A stretch of DNA of 38,095 nt from Catajapyx aquilonaris (GCA_000934665.2 JYFJ02003746.1:1-38095), one strand, 5' to 3'. Positions 1 through 12,153 are shown, counted from the stretch's first letter. Numbers and translations: made by a program. Notes: generated by a model from the sequence alone, not told the origin.

Positions 1-100
1 TTAAAATGTTTATCACGGCTTGCAAATGTCGAATTTTCTGTGCATTTTTGAGTGCAGGGATTTAAAAAGCCATTTCGCATTCATGCAATTGAAATTTGAA

Positions 101-450
101 ATATATATATATATATATTTTTCATTACCCCACGGGGGGAGTTATACTACTCCTTAGGGGGGGTGGGTTGCCACCTTTGGAATTGTTTTTTGGAGCGAGT
201 TTAAGAAGAATCTCAATTAGTATGCTCCAAGGGTGGGTGGGAGGGGATGTGCAAAGTGCAAGTGCAATGTCTCTAATCGTCATTTTGTGAACTCCCCCGG
301 GTGGCTTAGTCTGCCGGAAATTGCCACCCGAAATGAAGCCAGAGATGGCCCAACTCTGCACGGATAAAGGTGGGAACCCCGGGTGGGAATTGAACCCGGG
401 ACTTACATATCCGTGGGTGCACGCGTTACCGCGACGCCACTTCATCTCCC
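101..450 (-). mobile_element. tRNA-derived SINE
   Basis: The minus strand starts GGGAGATGAAGTGGCGTCGCGGTAAC...CCCGGGTTCAATTCCC (A-box/B-box like). The body recurs inverted at ~12154-12300 and is related to 17150-17378. The 3' end resembles that of the SINE at 9076-9365 and is followed by a (TA)n tract. Confidence 0.7.
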
Positions 451-559
451 CACAATATTCTATTTAAAAAGTTTATACTGTCATTTTCAAACTGGAGTTA
501 ATGTGAAACGGCGAAAAATGCAGTTCCGTAAACGGGTACCTGCTGTAGGGGCTCAATGG
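451..559 (+). repeat. 109-bp direct repeat of 5615-5723 (5' part of duplicated module A)
   Basis: CACAATATTCTATTT...GGGGCTCAATGG is near-identical at both positions. Confidence 0.9.
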
Positions 560-646
560 CTAGTGACCTCCTGAAAAGACGATGCAAAAATGTAACGTAA
601 CTGGTTACTGAAATGACTGCTTCTTTATTAACAATGAATAACCTAA

Positions 647-942
647 CCTAACTTCACACAGAAAATCATAACCTAAGGCGACTTCAACTTATGCATGCAG
701 AGGGAGCCAGTGGGAATGCCATAATTTTTTGGGGATGAGGGTTGCAGGCCTCATTCAGGTTGGAGAAGCAAGCTCCGCTCTTTTTTTTTTGCAGGAAGGC
801 AACAATCTTGGCGTGCTACCGGCCAAGTGTTAGTCTGGTTTAATTAACCCTCATCCCCAAAATATTATGGCATGCCCACTGGCTTCCTCTGCATGCATAA
901 GTTGAAGTCGCCTTAGGTTATGATTTTCTGTGTGAAGTTAGG
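647..942. mobile_element. MITE-like element with ~95-bp inverted arms
   Basis: 647-743 (CCTAACTTCACACAG...GATGAGGGTT) is the near-exact reverse complement of 846-942. Confidence 0.8.
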
Positions 943-2430
943 GGAAGTTGAGGCAGAGTTATCCGTGCAAGATGAATGGGACATATTGGGGTTCAGTGAG
1001 ACTTGGTACACAGAATCATGTTCGACGGAAGTGCGGTTCCCAAAGCATCGGAAGTTTGAGGTTTTCGCAATTAAACCACCAAGAGGTGGCTGGCCGTGTC
1101 AAAAAAGTTGCAACCTAAACTATTTGCGTCTATTCAGTACTTTCTGGCAGTAAAAATCAGAATACCCCCAAATAAAATGGACATTTTGGCAGTTCTTGTT
1201 TATATGCCACCAGGCGGGCAGATCAATGAATTACTAAAAGATATGGTAACAGGAATAGGCCAACAGAAGTATGAACAAAAGAGTATGATTATATTTGACG
1301 ACCCAAATGGAAGAATGTCAGACTGGGTTGTGCCTGTAGATTTAACAGCAAATGATCTTCATTTAAACATACGGTCTAGACAAGCATCAGACAAGGTAGT
1401 AAATGGCTACGGACAGGGTATATATTTGACTTTATCGTTCAGCACTACACGTATTTGGGAATTCCCTTATCAGCATCGGTGAAATTCTCCCATGCCTGAA
1501 TCGGTTTTCAAATCGAAGGTAAGGAAAGCCACTGGTCAACTCTGGCCTTTATTTAAAAAATTACAGATAAGAGATGTGGAAGTAGCAATGAAACTTTTCT
1601 CTGCGAAAGTAATCCCAATTGTACAATACGGCCTGTATGGGGCATTGGCTATAGTATAACGGACATAGAAATGGTACAGACACAGTTCTTAAGGAGATTC
1701 CTGGCACTACCGTATAAATCCTCGGGCAGTTTTGTCAGGCTAGAAACCGGTGTACAGAAGATTGAAATTAGATTAATCAAACAAGTAGCAAAATTTGTTA
1801 ACAAAATTTTGGAGATGTCACAGGATACCTTAATTCTTAAAGCATACGTCAGTGCAATCAACAACAGATCTAGTGTTTCGAACTTCTGGGTAACCTGGGC
1901 AAATCAAATACACGACCTGCTAGGCAAGTACGAAATAAAATAACGGAATTAAGTCTCCAGAAAATTTATATAGTCAAACTCCAAGAGAATGGCGGTGGTT
2001 AAGTGCCTTGCGGAGGATACAGCCAAACTGCAAACTTCGGAGGCATACAAATTTTATGATGAAATTAGCTATAACGAGGAGTCAGATAACTATCTGAAAT
2101 GGAAGCTGCCGTTAGCAGTTGCAAGACAAATTTGTAATTTATGAAACAATTCACCTTCACTCTGGGTCAAGGGCACGATTATACAGCTATCACAGACAGA
2201 ACCACGTTATCTGTGCAATTTGGGCACAATCCATCATTGGCTAATGGAGTGTACCCAGACTCGTGGCTTCGGAAACAAATTTCTGGCTGGGTGCTTGCAT
2301 GTTCCCCCAGATATGATCCACTGGCTCTTTTCAGCTTTAAAGAAAGGGTGAGCCCTCCTGCTTTACCGATTCTTTGTCGAACTCTCGGTCATCCTAGACC
2401 TGTGCACATTTTGTAGCGGAAAGCGGTGCA
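943..2430 (+). pseudogene. Degraded, internally deleted LINE ORF2 (APE endonuclease fragment plus post-RT C-terminal region)
   Basis: It contains the APE-like motifs DILGFSETW and VYMPP. QTQFLRRFLALPYKSSGSFVRLETG is similar to QSHFIKKYLMLPRSTSGYFLRLETG of the LINE at 30468. A Cys/His knuckle remnant (YLCNLGTIHHWLMEC) lies near 2200-2255. There are many stops and frameshifts and no RT core. Confidence 0.75.
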
Positions 2431-2575
2431 TAATGCAGTGCTTACTTCGATGTGTGCTTTGATGGATCGCAGCATAATTCTGTGCGTAATTCGATAGGGT
2501 TTCCCCCCTGTAGCGCCATAGCCATGGGTGAGAGGAAGGTTTCAAATTTCCTATCCCTTGTTCCTGTGCACTTTG

Positions 2576-2981
2576 ATGAAAGTTCAAAGAATTGCATCGG
2601 TGGAAACTTCCAGACTGTGTACTTGGGTAGACAATGTATATTATCTGATCATTGGTGATGAATTCCTTTGTGCTTCTAATGTTCTATATACCAGGGGTTG
2701 CAGTATTCGGATCAAATGGTCTAATTTGCATTCCAAAGTGAGCCATGGAGTGCCAATGCTAAATCCAGTAATTAAAAATTAAGCACTGCAAGTAAGCAAT
2801 TTGCACTCCAGATGAAAGTCTAGAGTGAAAACTTTGCTTGTGGACAAAAGTTTAAGATTTGACCCTGTTATACAAAGCAAAGGTTTGGCTTTTTATACGA
2901 TGGTGGATGTCTTCTCTATTTTTTTTATAGTTGTATTCCAATAGCTCACCATCATTTTAATACCATATATAACTGCCTCAG
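2576..2981 (+). repeat. Module B upstream intron segment, homologous to 18742-19156 and 12837-12946
   Basis: Shared sequence GGAAACTTCCAGACTGTG...GCAAAGGTTTGGCTT...TTTTAATACCATATAT..CAG ends at an AG acceptor in all three copies. Confidence 0.9.
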
Positions 2982-3239
2982 ACTATGACAGAGAAGCAGA
3001 GGAAGAGCTTTCATGCGTTGGAAAAGAAGGACAAGGAAAAGCGGCCTCCCAGCAGCCGTTCATCAGCTTTTTCTTTGTTCTGCGATGATGAGCGGCCAAA
3101 GATCAAGGAAGCCAACCCGCAAATCAGCCAGAGAGACCTGGACTGGCAGCTGGAAATTCGGTGGAGGAAAACACCGTCCCAAGTCCGTAACAGCTACGAG
3201 ACAGTCGCTGAGACATACAACAACCTCCTGTACCAGAAG
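2982..3239 (+). CDS. Internal exon encoding a divergent HMGB/Dsp1-like HMG box (end of box A plus box B), 86 aa, phase 0-0
   Basis: Acceptor CCTCAG|ACT and donor AAG|GTAAAT. The translation TMTEKQRKSFHALEKKDK...SAFSLFCDDERPKIKEANPQ...RW...Y...YQK matches HMGB-family motifs (TMS.KEK..F...A..DK; SAFF.FC...RPKIK..NP). Confidence 0.8.
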
Positions 3240-4409
3240 GTAAATGATGCCAATTGGAAATAGGATGCCATTTTGAAAGGAACTTGTTTTCGCTAGATTT
3301 TTCTGATCCTTCAATACTGACAAGGGGCCTTTCCTGGGTGATAATACCAAGTGATGAATACTAAATGATGGGTTCTACTTTCTTGTACTGATGATTGATA
3401 GTACCATTGACTCCTGATACAACAGCCTCGTCTTTAACAGATACGAGGTTATAACATACTTGAAAGGCTGTTCCTGCATATTTCCATAAGGTCCTGCATA
3501 TTTTTACTCCAGATGTAGACAACTCATTTTCACCTCACCAAGGCTATGAAAGACTATTTCTTGGCTACTTGATGGGAAAATGTGATGCCTTTGATCATTA
3601 CCTGGTGTCACCTCGCCATGCTTAGGAGGACACTGTAAACTGGAGTGGGGGTGATTTTCCCATATGTCACTTTTTTTAAGCTTCGTACTCCCCAAGTTTT
3701 GCATCTCGAGGTTGAGACATGCATGTTCTCTGTTCAATTTGTGAGTCTTAATGAACTGCTTGCCTTGTGCTGGATCACACAGCTGACCTTGGTTCCTAGC
3801 CATGAATGTGCCACACTATACCTGAGTGGGACAGTTGGCAGTGAGGAGACATCTGGCCAAGATGCAGCAAGTTTAGGAGGCCCTGCTTTACATTTGCTGA
3901 AAGGGTCAAAATAATTCTTTATCTAGTATATTTTGCAACAAGGCAATGGCAGAATAAAATTACAGCTTTTCTATATCCTGCTTAATTTATGTGTGAGCTA
4001 ATTTTGTATTTTCATGGATGGTTTCATTAATCAGTATTGATTAGTGTGCATTAAAGGCATACGGTAGGTAGAAAACATTGTGTATTCGTTGCAAAAGTAG
4101 CGACTTGGCTGTAATATACCTCTGTTATTACGGGCTGATTTCCACTTTCCCTCAAAGTCTGTTACTTATATCCGGAGTCTACTGTATATGGGGCAATTCA
4201 GTAAAATCTTTTTGAAGGAAGAGTTTTAACGTTCACTCAGTGAAAATGTATTGGTTCCTAATACATGCTAACCGTATGTATAACTAAACATTACTGATAT
4301 TGACCTTTTCATGCTCTACCACAACCTCAGATGTCATTTACATCAATGTAGCCGGCATTTGCCCTTGCTCTTGTAAGTCAACATGAATTATTAGAAGCAT
4401 TGGTTGTTC

Positions 4410-4530
4410 TACGAGGGCTATTTTTTAATTGAGTTCCGATGAGCTGTGAATTTAAAAAACGAGAGTAATGAAAAATCTCTATATCTATAAATAAGTATGT
4501 TTGTGAGTTTGTGAGTTTGTTTGTCCCTTC
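4410..4530 (+). mobile_element. TE fragments: possible mariner-like TIR start, then a possible non-autonomous Helitron-like 5' end
   Basis: TACGAGGGCTATTTTTT at ~4410 and TCTATATCTATAAATAAG...(GTTTGTGA)n GTTTGTCC at ~4477-4527. Pattern recognition only. Confidence 0.35.
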
Positions 4531-4915
4531 TAGAAATCCAGGGGAAGGCCCCTACACCGCCTTAAATTAGCATATCAGGGGTTACATTTTCCAAGGAATC
4601 CAAGGCCGCATGTTTCAGCTTCCGAAAATGAACCTAACTCCCACAACACGCATATTCCAGAATCTTTTCACTTACTTGGTCCCCAACAATTAACTTACAT
4701 AAACATCAAATAACAATATGTCAAGTCACATTCCCATGGAAATGCCCTTATGCAACAATAGGCCTACCTATAGCAAATTAAAGCATTGGCGTAAATTCAA
4801 CGCATCCACCAATTACGCTAATTGGCCACCTCACGTGAGTTCGTATTGTATGGTCATTCCGGGATTTTGTTGGATTTGAAACTAGACTTACAGAAAAAAA
4901 TCAATACGAAAAATA

Positions 4916-5475
4916 CAGTAAAACTTCTATAAGTAGAACTTCCCTAAGTCGAAGTTCTCTATAAGTCGAAGAAAATGATGAGCTTGGTCCTTCCCAAATA
5001 AACTTCCCTAACTCGAATTTCTATAACTCGAAGTGCAGACAGGGCCTTGCAATGGGATATCAATTCATTTTCAGTCTTCCTAAGGTTGAAGTTCATGTTG
5101 GCGAGTAAGGAAAATTTTCTCACTTCCCAGCCGAAGGGTCGAGAGTAGGCCACATGTACAGAAAGGCTCAATTTCCTCATCTCCGTCTACTAGACGTAAC
5201 CAAAGAAGTGTTTGAATCGATTGTGAAAATTGAATTCTTGAATAAGAGTAGCCAAATGTAACTGAGATTTTTTTACAACAAAACAATATATTAGAAACAT
5301 TGTAAGTGTGACAATAATTTTAAAGTTTTGAACATCTTTCGCCGCTAGATATAAAGGTATAGGCTTCCTTATCGAGTTAGGTGCTTAAATAATTCCAAAC
5401 TTCTCTAACTCGAATCTTCTATAACTCGAAGTTTTTTCATGGTCCCATGGAGATTCGACTAAGGAAGTTTTACTG
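4916..5475 (+). mobile_element. Tc1/mariner-pogo type MITE, family 1, full copy
   Basis: TA|CAGTAAAACTTC...GAAGTTTTACTG|TA with internal TAAGTCGAA/TAACTCGAA repeats. Other copies are at 25274-25877 and 18329-18740. Confidence 0.9.
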
Positions 5476-6387
5476 TAATACAGGATTTACAAATAATACT
5501 CTGTGTGGAAAACAAAATTTCCCACCATGCATCTGTACATACATTTCTAAAGTTCTTCAGAGCAAACATATGGAACGAGGTGGGGGTGTGAAGTAGGGTT
5601 GTTATCATATTTTTCACAATATTCTATTTAAAAAGTTTATACTGTCATTTTCAAACTGGAGTTAATGTGAAACGGCGAAAAACGCAGTTCCGTAAACGGG
5701 TACCTGCTGTAGGGGCTCAATGGTTTTGGCGTGCCCAACATGACCATTGTAACTTAAAAGCATTAAGAACATCATACTTAGGAATATTTACTCATAGTTA
5801 ATTTAAAATCTCTAAACAGCTCATTTTGACGTTATCTAGGACCATTATCCGAGTATCCGTGTTTTCCAATTATCCAGCGACATCCATGCAGCCAGTAGCC
5901 CAGATATTTGGAAGTGCACTGTCTTGTATTGCTACATTAATAGATGCGGTAGTGCAAAAGTGAAAGTGTTGTAGATGAAGATGACAAGTTGTTTTTTTCA
6001 CAAGCACAATCCAGTACGCACGCACACTCGCCCAAGTCCATTTTTCTGGGAACATTGTTGCCACAGTTACTCCTCATGGCCCGAAGTCACAATGATAGCC
6101 TCTAAGGTGCGTTCCAGAGCCTTGGCAATGTCCCAAAGGCCGCCATATTGTTACCCCTTGAAGCTTAGTGTTGGAAACAAGTTCTGTGATCTATGTTGCA
6201 CACTTGGTTGTGCTCATTTAAAAATTCATCACAGGTGCAATGATTGCCACGGTGCTGAATTTCTGTTGATTTGCAAGTGTCACTACGTAAATTATGAACT
6301 ATAACTGATAAAAATTTAATGTGTCCTACAGAAGTATATCGGGGATGTGTCCATTAACCAAGCCAATTGCAATTTTTACACACACAG

Positions 6388-6413
6388 AGGAGTGCGAGGC
6401 TGGCCGGGAAGAT
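6388..6413 (+). pseudogene. Probably dead RRSxRL micro-exon copy (RSARLAGK)
   Basis: CACACAG|AGG AGT GCG AGG CTG. The homologous donor GTAAGC reads GCAAGC here, and the length (26 nt) is not a multiple of 3. Confidence 0.5.
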
Positions 6414-6641
6414 GCAAGCATGAAGTCTTATTCCTGTTCAGTTTATCTAAATGCCGGAATGGAGAAATTTTTTATTTATTATTAATTTATTCACCTTGGT
6501 GCACTCCCTGTAGGGTTTCTGGCACCAGCCTTATTGGAATCCCCCACAGTGCAGCTGCGGTGTGCAGATGTGAAACTTTTGTAACAATTCTTTATGTAGC
6601 TTAACATTAATGGAGGTTACCTTCTTCAATTGCAGTCACAG

Positions 6642-6743
6642 GCACCACCTGCACCACCAGCGCCAGCGCCAGCGCCACCACCTCCTCCACCTCCAGCTCC
6701 ACCTCTACCGGCAGCTCCACCTGCAGCTCTGCAGCCAGCAGCA
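6642..6743 (+). CDS. Pro/Ala-rich exon 1 (34 aa, phase 0-0)
   Basis: TCACAG|GCA...GCA|GTGAGT, 102 nt. The same splice context is present in five paralogs. Confidence 0.7.
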
Positions 6744-7220
6744 GTGAGTAAACATAAATTAACACAACCTTATACTTTATTTCTTGTACTGATTTTTGGT
6801 ATAGTTTATGGTAAGTGGGGAATACAACAGGATTAGTCAAAACAAATTGAGAATGATTTTTATTTGAGACAGGACTGGTTCTCCACTCTCGGAGAGGGGC
6901 ATCTTGTACAGTATGTCTTGGAGTATTAAAGCAACCAATTCCTGTTCAAATAATATTCTGCCATCCCGGGAGACGGTGAAACCCGAAGTAGACCGGGGTT
7001 GATATTACATTCTGATTTTCCAGTGAGGTACAATATTCAGGGTTGAAATGTCTGACATGAACAAACTTTTCAGGCATTCATTGGGTGTAGACATTACATA
7101 TGTAATTATTATTGGTGTTGGAACAGGTTGAGTGAGTGGCTAATTAGATTTTCATTTGCGTCATGTTCTAATGTGGTCTGGTCATGTCAAGATGTACATT
7201 TTAAAAACTCACTGTTCCAG

Positions 7221-7316
7221 GTCAACAAGGACCTAGTGTGGAAGAGGCTCCAGAGCCTGTTTCCAAAGCACTCAGCCCCCGCAGGCCCCCAGCCACCGCA
7301 GGGAAGCAGCGGCAAG
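7221..7316 (+). CDS. Candidate exon VNKDLVWKRLQSLFPKHSAPAGPQPPQGSSGK (32 aa, phase 0-0, GC donor)
   Basis: TGTTCCAG|GTC acceptor. AAG|GCAAGT fits the GC-AG donor consensus. It is a GC-rich island in AT-rich DNA. Confidence 0.55.
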
Positions 7317-7566
7317 GCAAGTGATTCTGAATCCAGAAAAAACAGTGAGGGCAGTGGCAAGGTTACCGTGGACTTCAGGGCTAGTGTCCAGGGAAATGGA
7401 AACTCATGATCATTGTTGAGTAGAAATTTCCAGAATAAAATGGCAGCAATGAAATGAAAAACTCATGGTACTAGGAATGGAAAAAGAACCATAAAACATA
7501 GCCCTGGAACTTATAGATTCTATTGAAAGGGATGGGATTGTTTTGACTGCATTGGCTACATAATTA

Positions 7567-7723
7567 TGGTGTGTCTGAAAAGTTCGGTGAATGTTACAAT
7601 AAACCTACAAAACAGAAGGTTACATTATAGGAAGTACCTTTATTGGCCCTCAAAAGTAATCCATTCTTACCTTCTGTTTTCCTGCGCTTATTGTAACATT
7701 CACCGAACTTTACAGACACACCA
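7567..7723. mobile_element. Small mariner-like MITE
   Basis: TGGTGTGTCTGAAAAGTTCGGTGAATGTTACAATAA and its reverse complement at the right end. Confidence 0.75.
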
Positions 7724-7832
7724 CGTATATCTGGTTGCATATGGAACATCTGCTACCAAATATTTCGTAAGAAAAAATGTTGGTAACCCACCTCCCTAAA
7801 AGGGCTCTGTTCCCTCTAATTGGATGAAGCTA

Positions 7833-7978
<146 letters not shown>

Positions 7979-8003
7979 ACCAAGCCAATTGCAATTTTTG
8001 CAG

Positions 8004-8039
8004 CCACTCAGAAGGAGTGAGAGGCTGTCACAGCAGAGG
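8004..8039 (+). CDS. Candidate basic micro-exon PLRRSERLSQQR
   Basis: TTTTTGCAG| acceptor. The only donor is the weak AGG|GTGACT, because the paralogous GTAAG reads GAAAG here. 36 nt. Confidence 0.45.
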
Positions 8040-8132
8040 GTGACTGGAAAGCATGAATTCTTATTCCTGTTCAGTTTATCTAAATGGCACTTTTTATCCA
8101 TCATTCTGTCCGATTTTATAGATCCCAAACTA

Positions 8133-8739
8133 CAGGGTGATCCAACTTTATCACCCCAACAGTTATTGTAAAAATCGTGTAAGCTACTACTTTTTAATCA
8201 GTTACTTGCTAAGAGTTACTTTCTCGAGTACGTGGAGTAGCACCTGCTGATGTTAGGTCCAATGCCCATGTACCAATTAATGACCTATTTATTGGCACAA
8301 CCGGGTCTGTCCGGTTCAATGAATTAGCCCTCTGATTGGCAGCTAGTGACCTCATCTGAATCCCTCCAGAGAACACCAAAATGGGCCCTTTTGAAGGCCA
8401 ACACATGAATCAGTTTGGAGATGAGGAAATAAAAGGGATGATGACATGCACATGGGCAACTTTCCACTTCAGGGTTGCAACGTTCGCATCCGACCTATTG
8501 CGATTGACCCATTTGGCCAGTCACAACCCCAGCCGGCACAGCGCCGCAGACGACCTGTTTCCCATGGAGGACCCTTTCTTCCCTCATTAATTTTATTGGT
8601 ACATGGACATTGGATCTAATATCAGCAGGTGCTATTCCAGATACTCGAGGAAGTAACTCTTAGCAAATAGCTGCTTAAGAAGAAGCAGCTTATGGGATTT
8701 TTCCAATAACTGTTGGAGCGATAAAGTTGGATCACCCTG
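8133..8739. mobile_element. Tc1/mariner-type MITE with ~150-bp inverted arms
   Basis: TA|CAGGGTGATCCAACTTTATC...GATAAAGTTGGATCACCCTG|TA. Confidence 0.88.
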
Positions 8740-9075
8740 TACAAAAACTATCACTTTGCTCACTATACCGTCATCCACACGACGGTATGGCGATGTCCCC
8801 GCGAGTTTATACAATGCCATTGTTTGGTGAACATGTGGGGGTGTGTCCACAGGGCAACGCACTGTGTACAGTAGCGATCTGGTAGTGTTTGAATTTCGCG
8901 GGCGGATGTGACGCCATGATTTGGCCCAAACTTTGGAGGCCTCGTGAGCCCTACATAATCGCAGAGACATATAATGGAAACTGATCTGAAATCCTCAAAA
9001 CAAGGGCTACTACTTAAGATATGAACATTAGGAATAGGCCATCTTGATTCGAGATGCCAGCTTTTTAATAACTTT

Positions 9076-9365
9076 TTTTTTTTTTTTTTTTTTTTGTTAC
9101 CCCGTGATAGAGCTCGTGGCCCTCTTAGGGGGGAAGGGGAAGTTCCCAAGGGAGGGCGCCGTGCGATAGCCATTTCTGACATTCTTTTAACACCAGGCCT
9201 TTTCTCCTGGCCCCGAGCAGAGAAGGGAGTGCAATTCTGCTCCGGCATGTCGGGTGAAAAGCGGAAAAAGACCCGGCCAAGCAGAGGTGACGGGGACGGG
9301 ATTTGAACCCCGGCCTCCCTCTTGGCTGGCCAGCGGCGTAACCGCTAGACCACCATGCCGCCCTG
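9076..9365 (-). mobile_element. Full-length tRNA-derived SINE with poly(A) tail and 16-bp TSD
   Basis: TSD GCTTTTTAATAACTTT at 9060-9075 and 9366-9381. Minus-strand A box TGGTCTAGCGG and B box GGTTCAAATCC, with a poly(T) tract on the + strand. Confidence 0.92.
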
Positions 9366-9528
9366 GCTTTTTAATAACTTTAAACAGCCATTATTGATCA
9401 GGAGAGACAAAATGGAATCATATGGAAATCTCAAACCAAGGGGAACGACTCGATAAATAAAAATTATTAGGCACCCGACAACTTATTACAGGTATTAGAA
9501 AGAGAAAAAAAAACATTGCGTCTAAGCC

Positions 9529-9669
9529 ATTGTTGATCAATTGTTGATGAACTAACAATTGATTTCATTACTAAAATAACATTGCTGATTGATTGTTGAT
9601 GCACTAACAATCGACCTGATTATTAACATTGTTGATCGATTGCTGATCGATTGTTGATGAACTAACAAT
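9529..9669. repeat. Degenerate tandem repeat (ATTGTTGATC / GATGAACTAACAAT units)
   Basis: The motif recurs directly in the sequence. Confidence 0.7.
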
Positions 9670-10783
9670 AAAATAATATGAGACAGCAAAATAATCGTGA
9701 ATTTGTGCTTTATCGTGTACGCTTGGGAATAATTTCCAATAACAATATCCAGGTATAACTTACTGAGAGACTCGTGAATATCACGTCGACTGATCCTGCT
9801 GGCTGATTCGATCATCTTGCGAGGCAATTATCCAGCCTGCCAGAAGATGCAATATGTTTTGATTGCTGCCAACCAACCACATTGTGCAAAGCCTTATACA
9901 TAAAGCCATACTTGAAGCTATAAACTCTCCTGAGGTCATCCTGGAAGCTGAGGACTCGTTGGACTGTCCCAGATCTATGCTCCAGTCAATAAGCTATACT
10001 CAAAAAGTACGAAGAGGATTGTTCTAATCTAATACGGCTGGTTTGGAAAAAAAAACACCATTACTATATTAAACTTGGCACAAAGATTATGTTAACAAGA
10101 AACATTGATGTTACTCTTCGGTGCAGTGGGTACCGTACTGAGTGTTATGTACGTACAACCCAGACACTCCAAAAAAAAATTAAAATCCATAAAAATTCAA
10201 CTTTCTTTCGGATTGGAATACGATTTAGGGCCTGTGAAGAGCAAATTTGAAGTTACAACAAAAGCATTCATCTAAGCTTATAGAAAACAGTTCCCTATAA
10301 CGATAGCTTATACGGCACCACAATTCACAAGAGTCACGGCTTGAGCTCAGACACTGCCCTAATCGACATCGGCTCATCACTTTTCTGTTGCGGCCAAACC
10401 TACGTAGCCTTGGCTCTTGTCACAACAATTGACGGAATCCATATAATCGACTTTGATCATACCCAGGTAAAAGCTAACCCAATAGAAACTCCTTACACTG
10501 GAATACAACAGACTCGGACATAATATTAGACAAATCACAAAGTAGCCCTCCTTATGTCACGGAAACAAGGTAGATGTGTATGATGGGAGAGTTGCTGGTT
10601 TGGGGTGTTGGAATAATGTTTGGAAGAGCATAGCATGGGCGGCCCTCTTACAAACATGTTAGGTGTGTCCTCTGACACTTTGAAAATAAAAACCTATATC
10701 AATTCCACACTTTATATCGTATTTTCCTGTGTACCGGAGAAAATATCATTCCTTATTTACTGCAACTGCACAAAAAGTCTTGA

Positions 10784-11527
10784 GATCTAACCAAAAACGG
10801 ACTCGTAAAAAAACCGCCGTCCGTAGCCACTCCGCCTAAAAAAGTTGTGAGATCATGGGTGGACACCAAGCCTCTTTGTGAGACTATAGATTAAGTCAAG
10901 TTACTTGGCTCACGATTGGAGACTATAGACTTACAACTCGTAGACTTGGCGCATGGTTCGAGACTATATAGACTAAGGTTGAGCCACTTGGTTCACCGGG
11001 CATGAAGAGCAATAGACGGCTTAATGATAAAATTTAGTAGTTTCTGATCAACCAATGACTGTTACACGCCTTCCACTGCTGTAATATCCAGACTACAATT
11101 CCTTAATTACCGTATACTCATGTAGTAACAAATTCCCCCTTCAAACCATACAGGGTGTTTCTCAACTCGCGTCCAAAACTTCTATGGTGAACTCCTGAGC
11201 ACCAGTGAATCGCTTCACCTGCTCTATGTAAAGTGATCCACTGGTGCACACGAGTTCAACCTCAAAGTTTTGGACGCGGGTTGTGAAACACCTTGTACCG
11301 GTATAATTCCCCGTGAGTCAAATGGCTCAACCTTAGTCTATATAGTCTCGAACCATGCGCCAAGTCTACGAGTTGTAAGTCTATAGTCTCCAATTGTGAG
11401 CCAAGTAACTTGACTTAATCTATAGTCTCACAAAGAAGCTTGGTGTCCACCCATGATCTCACAACTTTTTTAGGCGTAGTGGCTAAGGACTTGGCGGTTT
11501 TTTTACGAGTCCGTTTTTGGTTAGATC
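10784..11527. mobile_element. Foldback/MITE with ~200-bp inverted arms containing GAGACTATAGA sub-repeats
   Basis: 10784-10986 is the near-exact reverse complement of 11323-11527. Confidence 0.88.
11151..11295. mobile_element. Small palindromic Tc1/mariner-type MITE nested in 10784-11527
   Basis: TA|CAGGGTGTTTCTCAACTCGCGTCCAAAACTT...AAGTTTTGGACGCGGGTTGTGAAACACCTTG|TA. Confidence 0.8.
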
Positions 11528-12153
11528 CTATTTAATTCAGTTAAAATCATGCTGGTGAAATCTGCATACTTCTGCCATGAATGACCGAAAAGAACACTGA
11601 ATTAATTTCACACGTATGACCTCCAAAGCCCCTTTTCTCAAAACTGTTCTCATGCGGGTTGACGCATTATTGCATAACACCATCCAATTATCAAATGCTG
11701 TAGGTACCAGTTTTACATCGCACCATTTTACGTTGTTTTACGATAACGGTGGTTAGAAAATCACATTATAAAATTTTTAAACTGGAAAATTGTGAAAAAT
11801 ATGACGATAACAACACAATCTGAACATAAGCACAACACTTTGGAGTCCAAACGCACGACCATAAAATAATGCCATTTTTTGTCTTTCGTGGTGCCGTGTG
11901 GCAGGTTCTATCGATAAATACAGTACCGTATTGTTGGTCTCATCGGTACCCTGCGCAGTCTATTAAATACCCTACGTCTACTGCAGTTCTTGCCAAAAGA
12001 AGGGAAAAGAGGCCTCAGAACCAGATGACCCTTCACCTGGAACCTTAACCATTAAATGTGCATTATAAATGTTTGAAATAGTCGGCATTAAAAACTGCAA
12101 TTTAAGCACTGCATCAGGGAAATTTTTGGAAATCTTGGAACCCATCTTATTTA

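Larger units (their letters stand above)
5705..7047 (+). repeat. Duplicated module A (intron, RRSxRL micro-exon, intron, Pro-rich exon, intron)
   Basis: Colinear similarity with 21367-22419, with 22845-23020 plus 24810-26568, and partially with 7978-8088, 15395-15657, 20010-20991 and 26675-26765. Confidence 0.9.

Noticed and set aside
2985..3263. Intronless 92-aa HMG protein or retrogene as listed in the ORF track
   Set aside because: It is bounded by splice sites at HMGB-like positions and starts mid-box A, and I saw no poly(A) or TSD. It is better explained as an internal exon, though a standalone ORF is not fully excluded.
9290..9365. tRNA genes (also ~380-450, 17305-17378, 18245-18315)
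   Set aside because: A and B boxes are present, but they are attached to SINE bodies, tails or TSDs, and I could not see a convincing cloverleaf.
9529..11527. CRISPR-like repeat-spacer arrays (ATTGTTGATC units; GAGACTATAGA units)
   Set aside because: The units are short, irregular and TE-internal. The context is eukaryotic and there are no cas genes.
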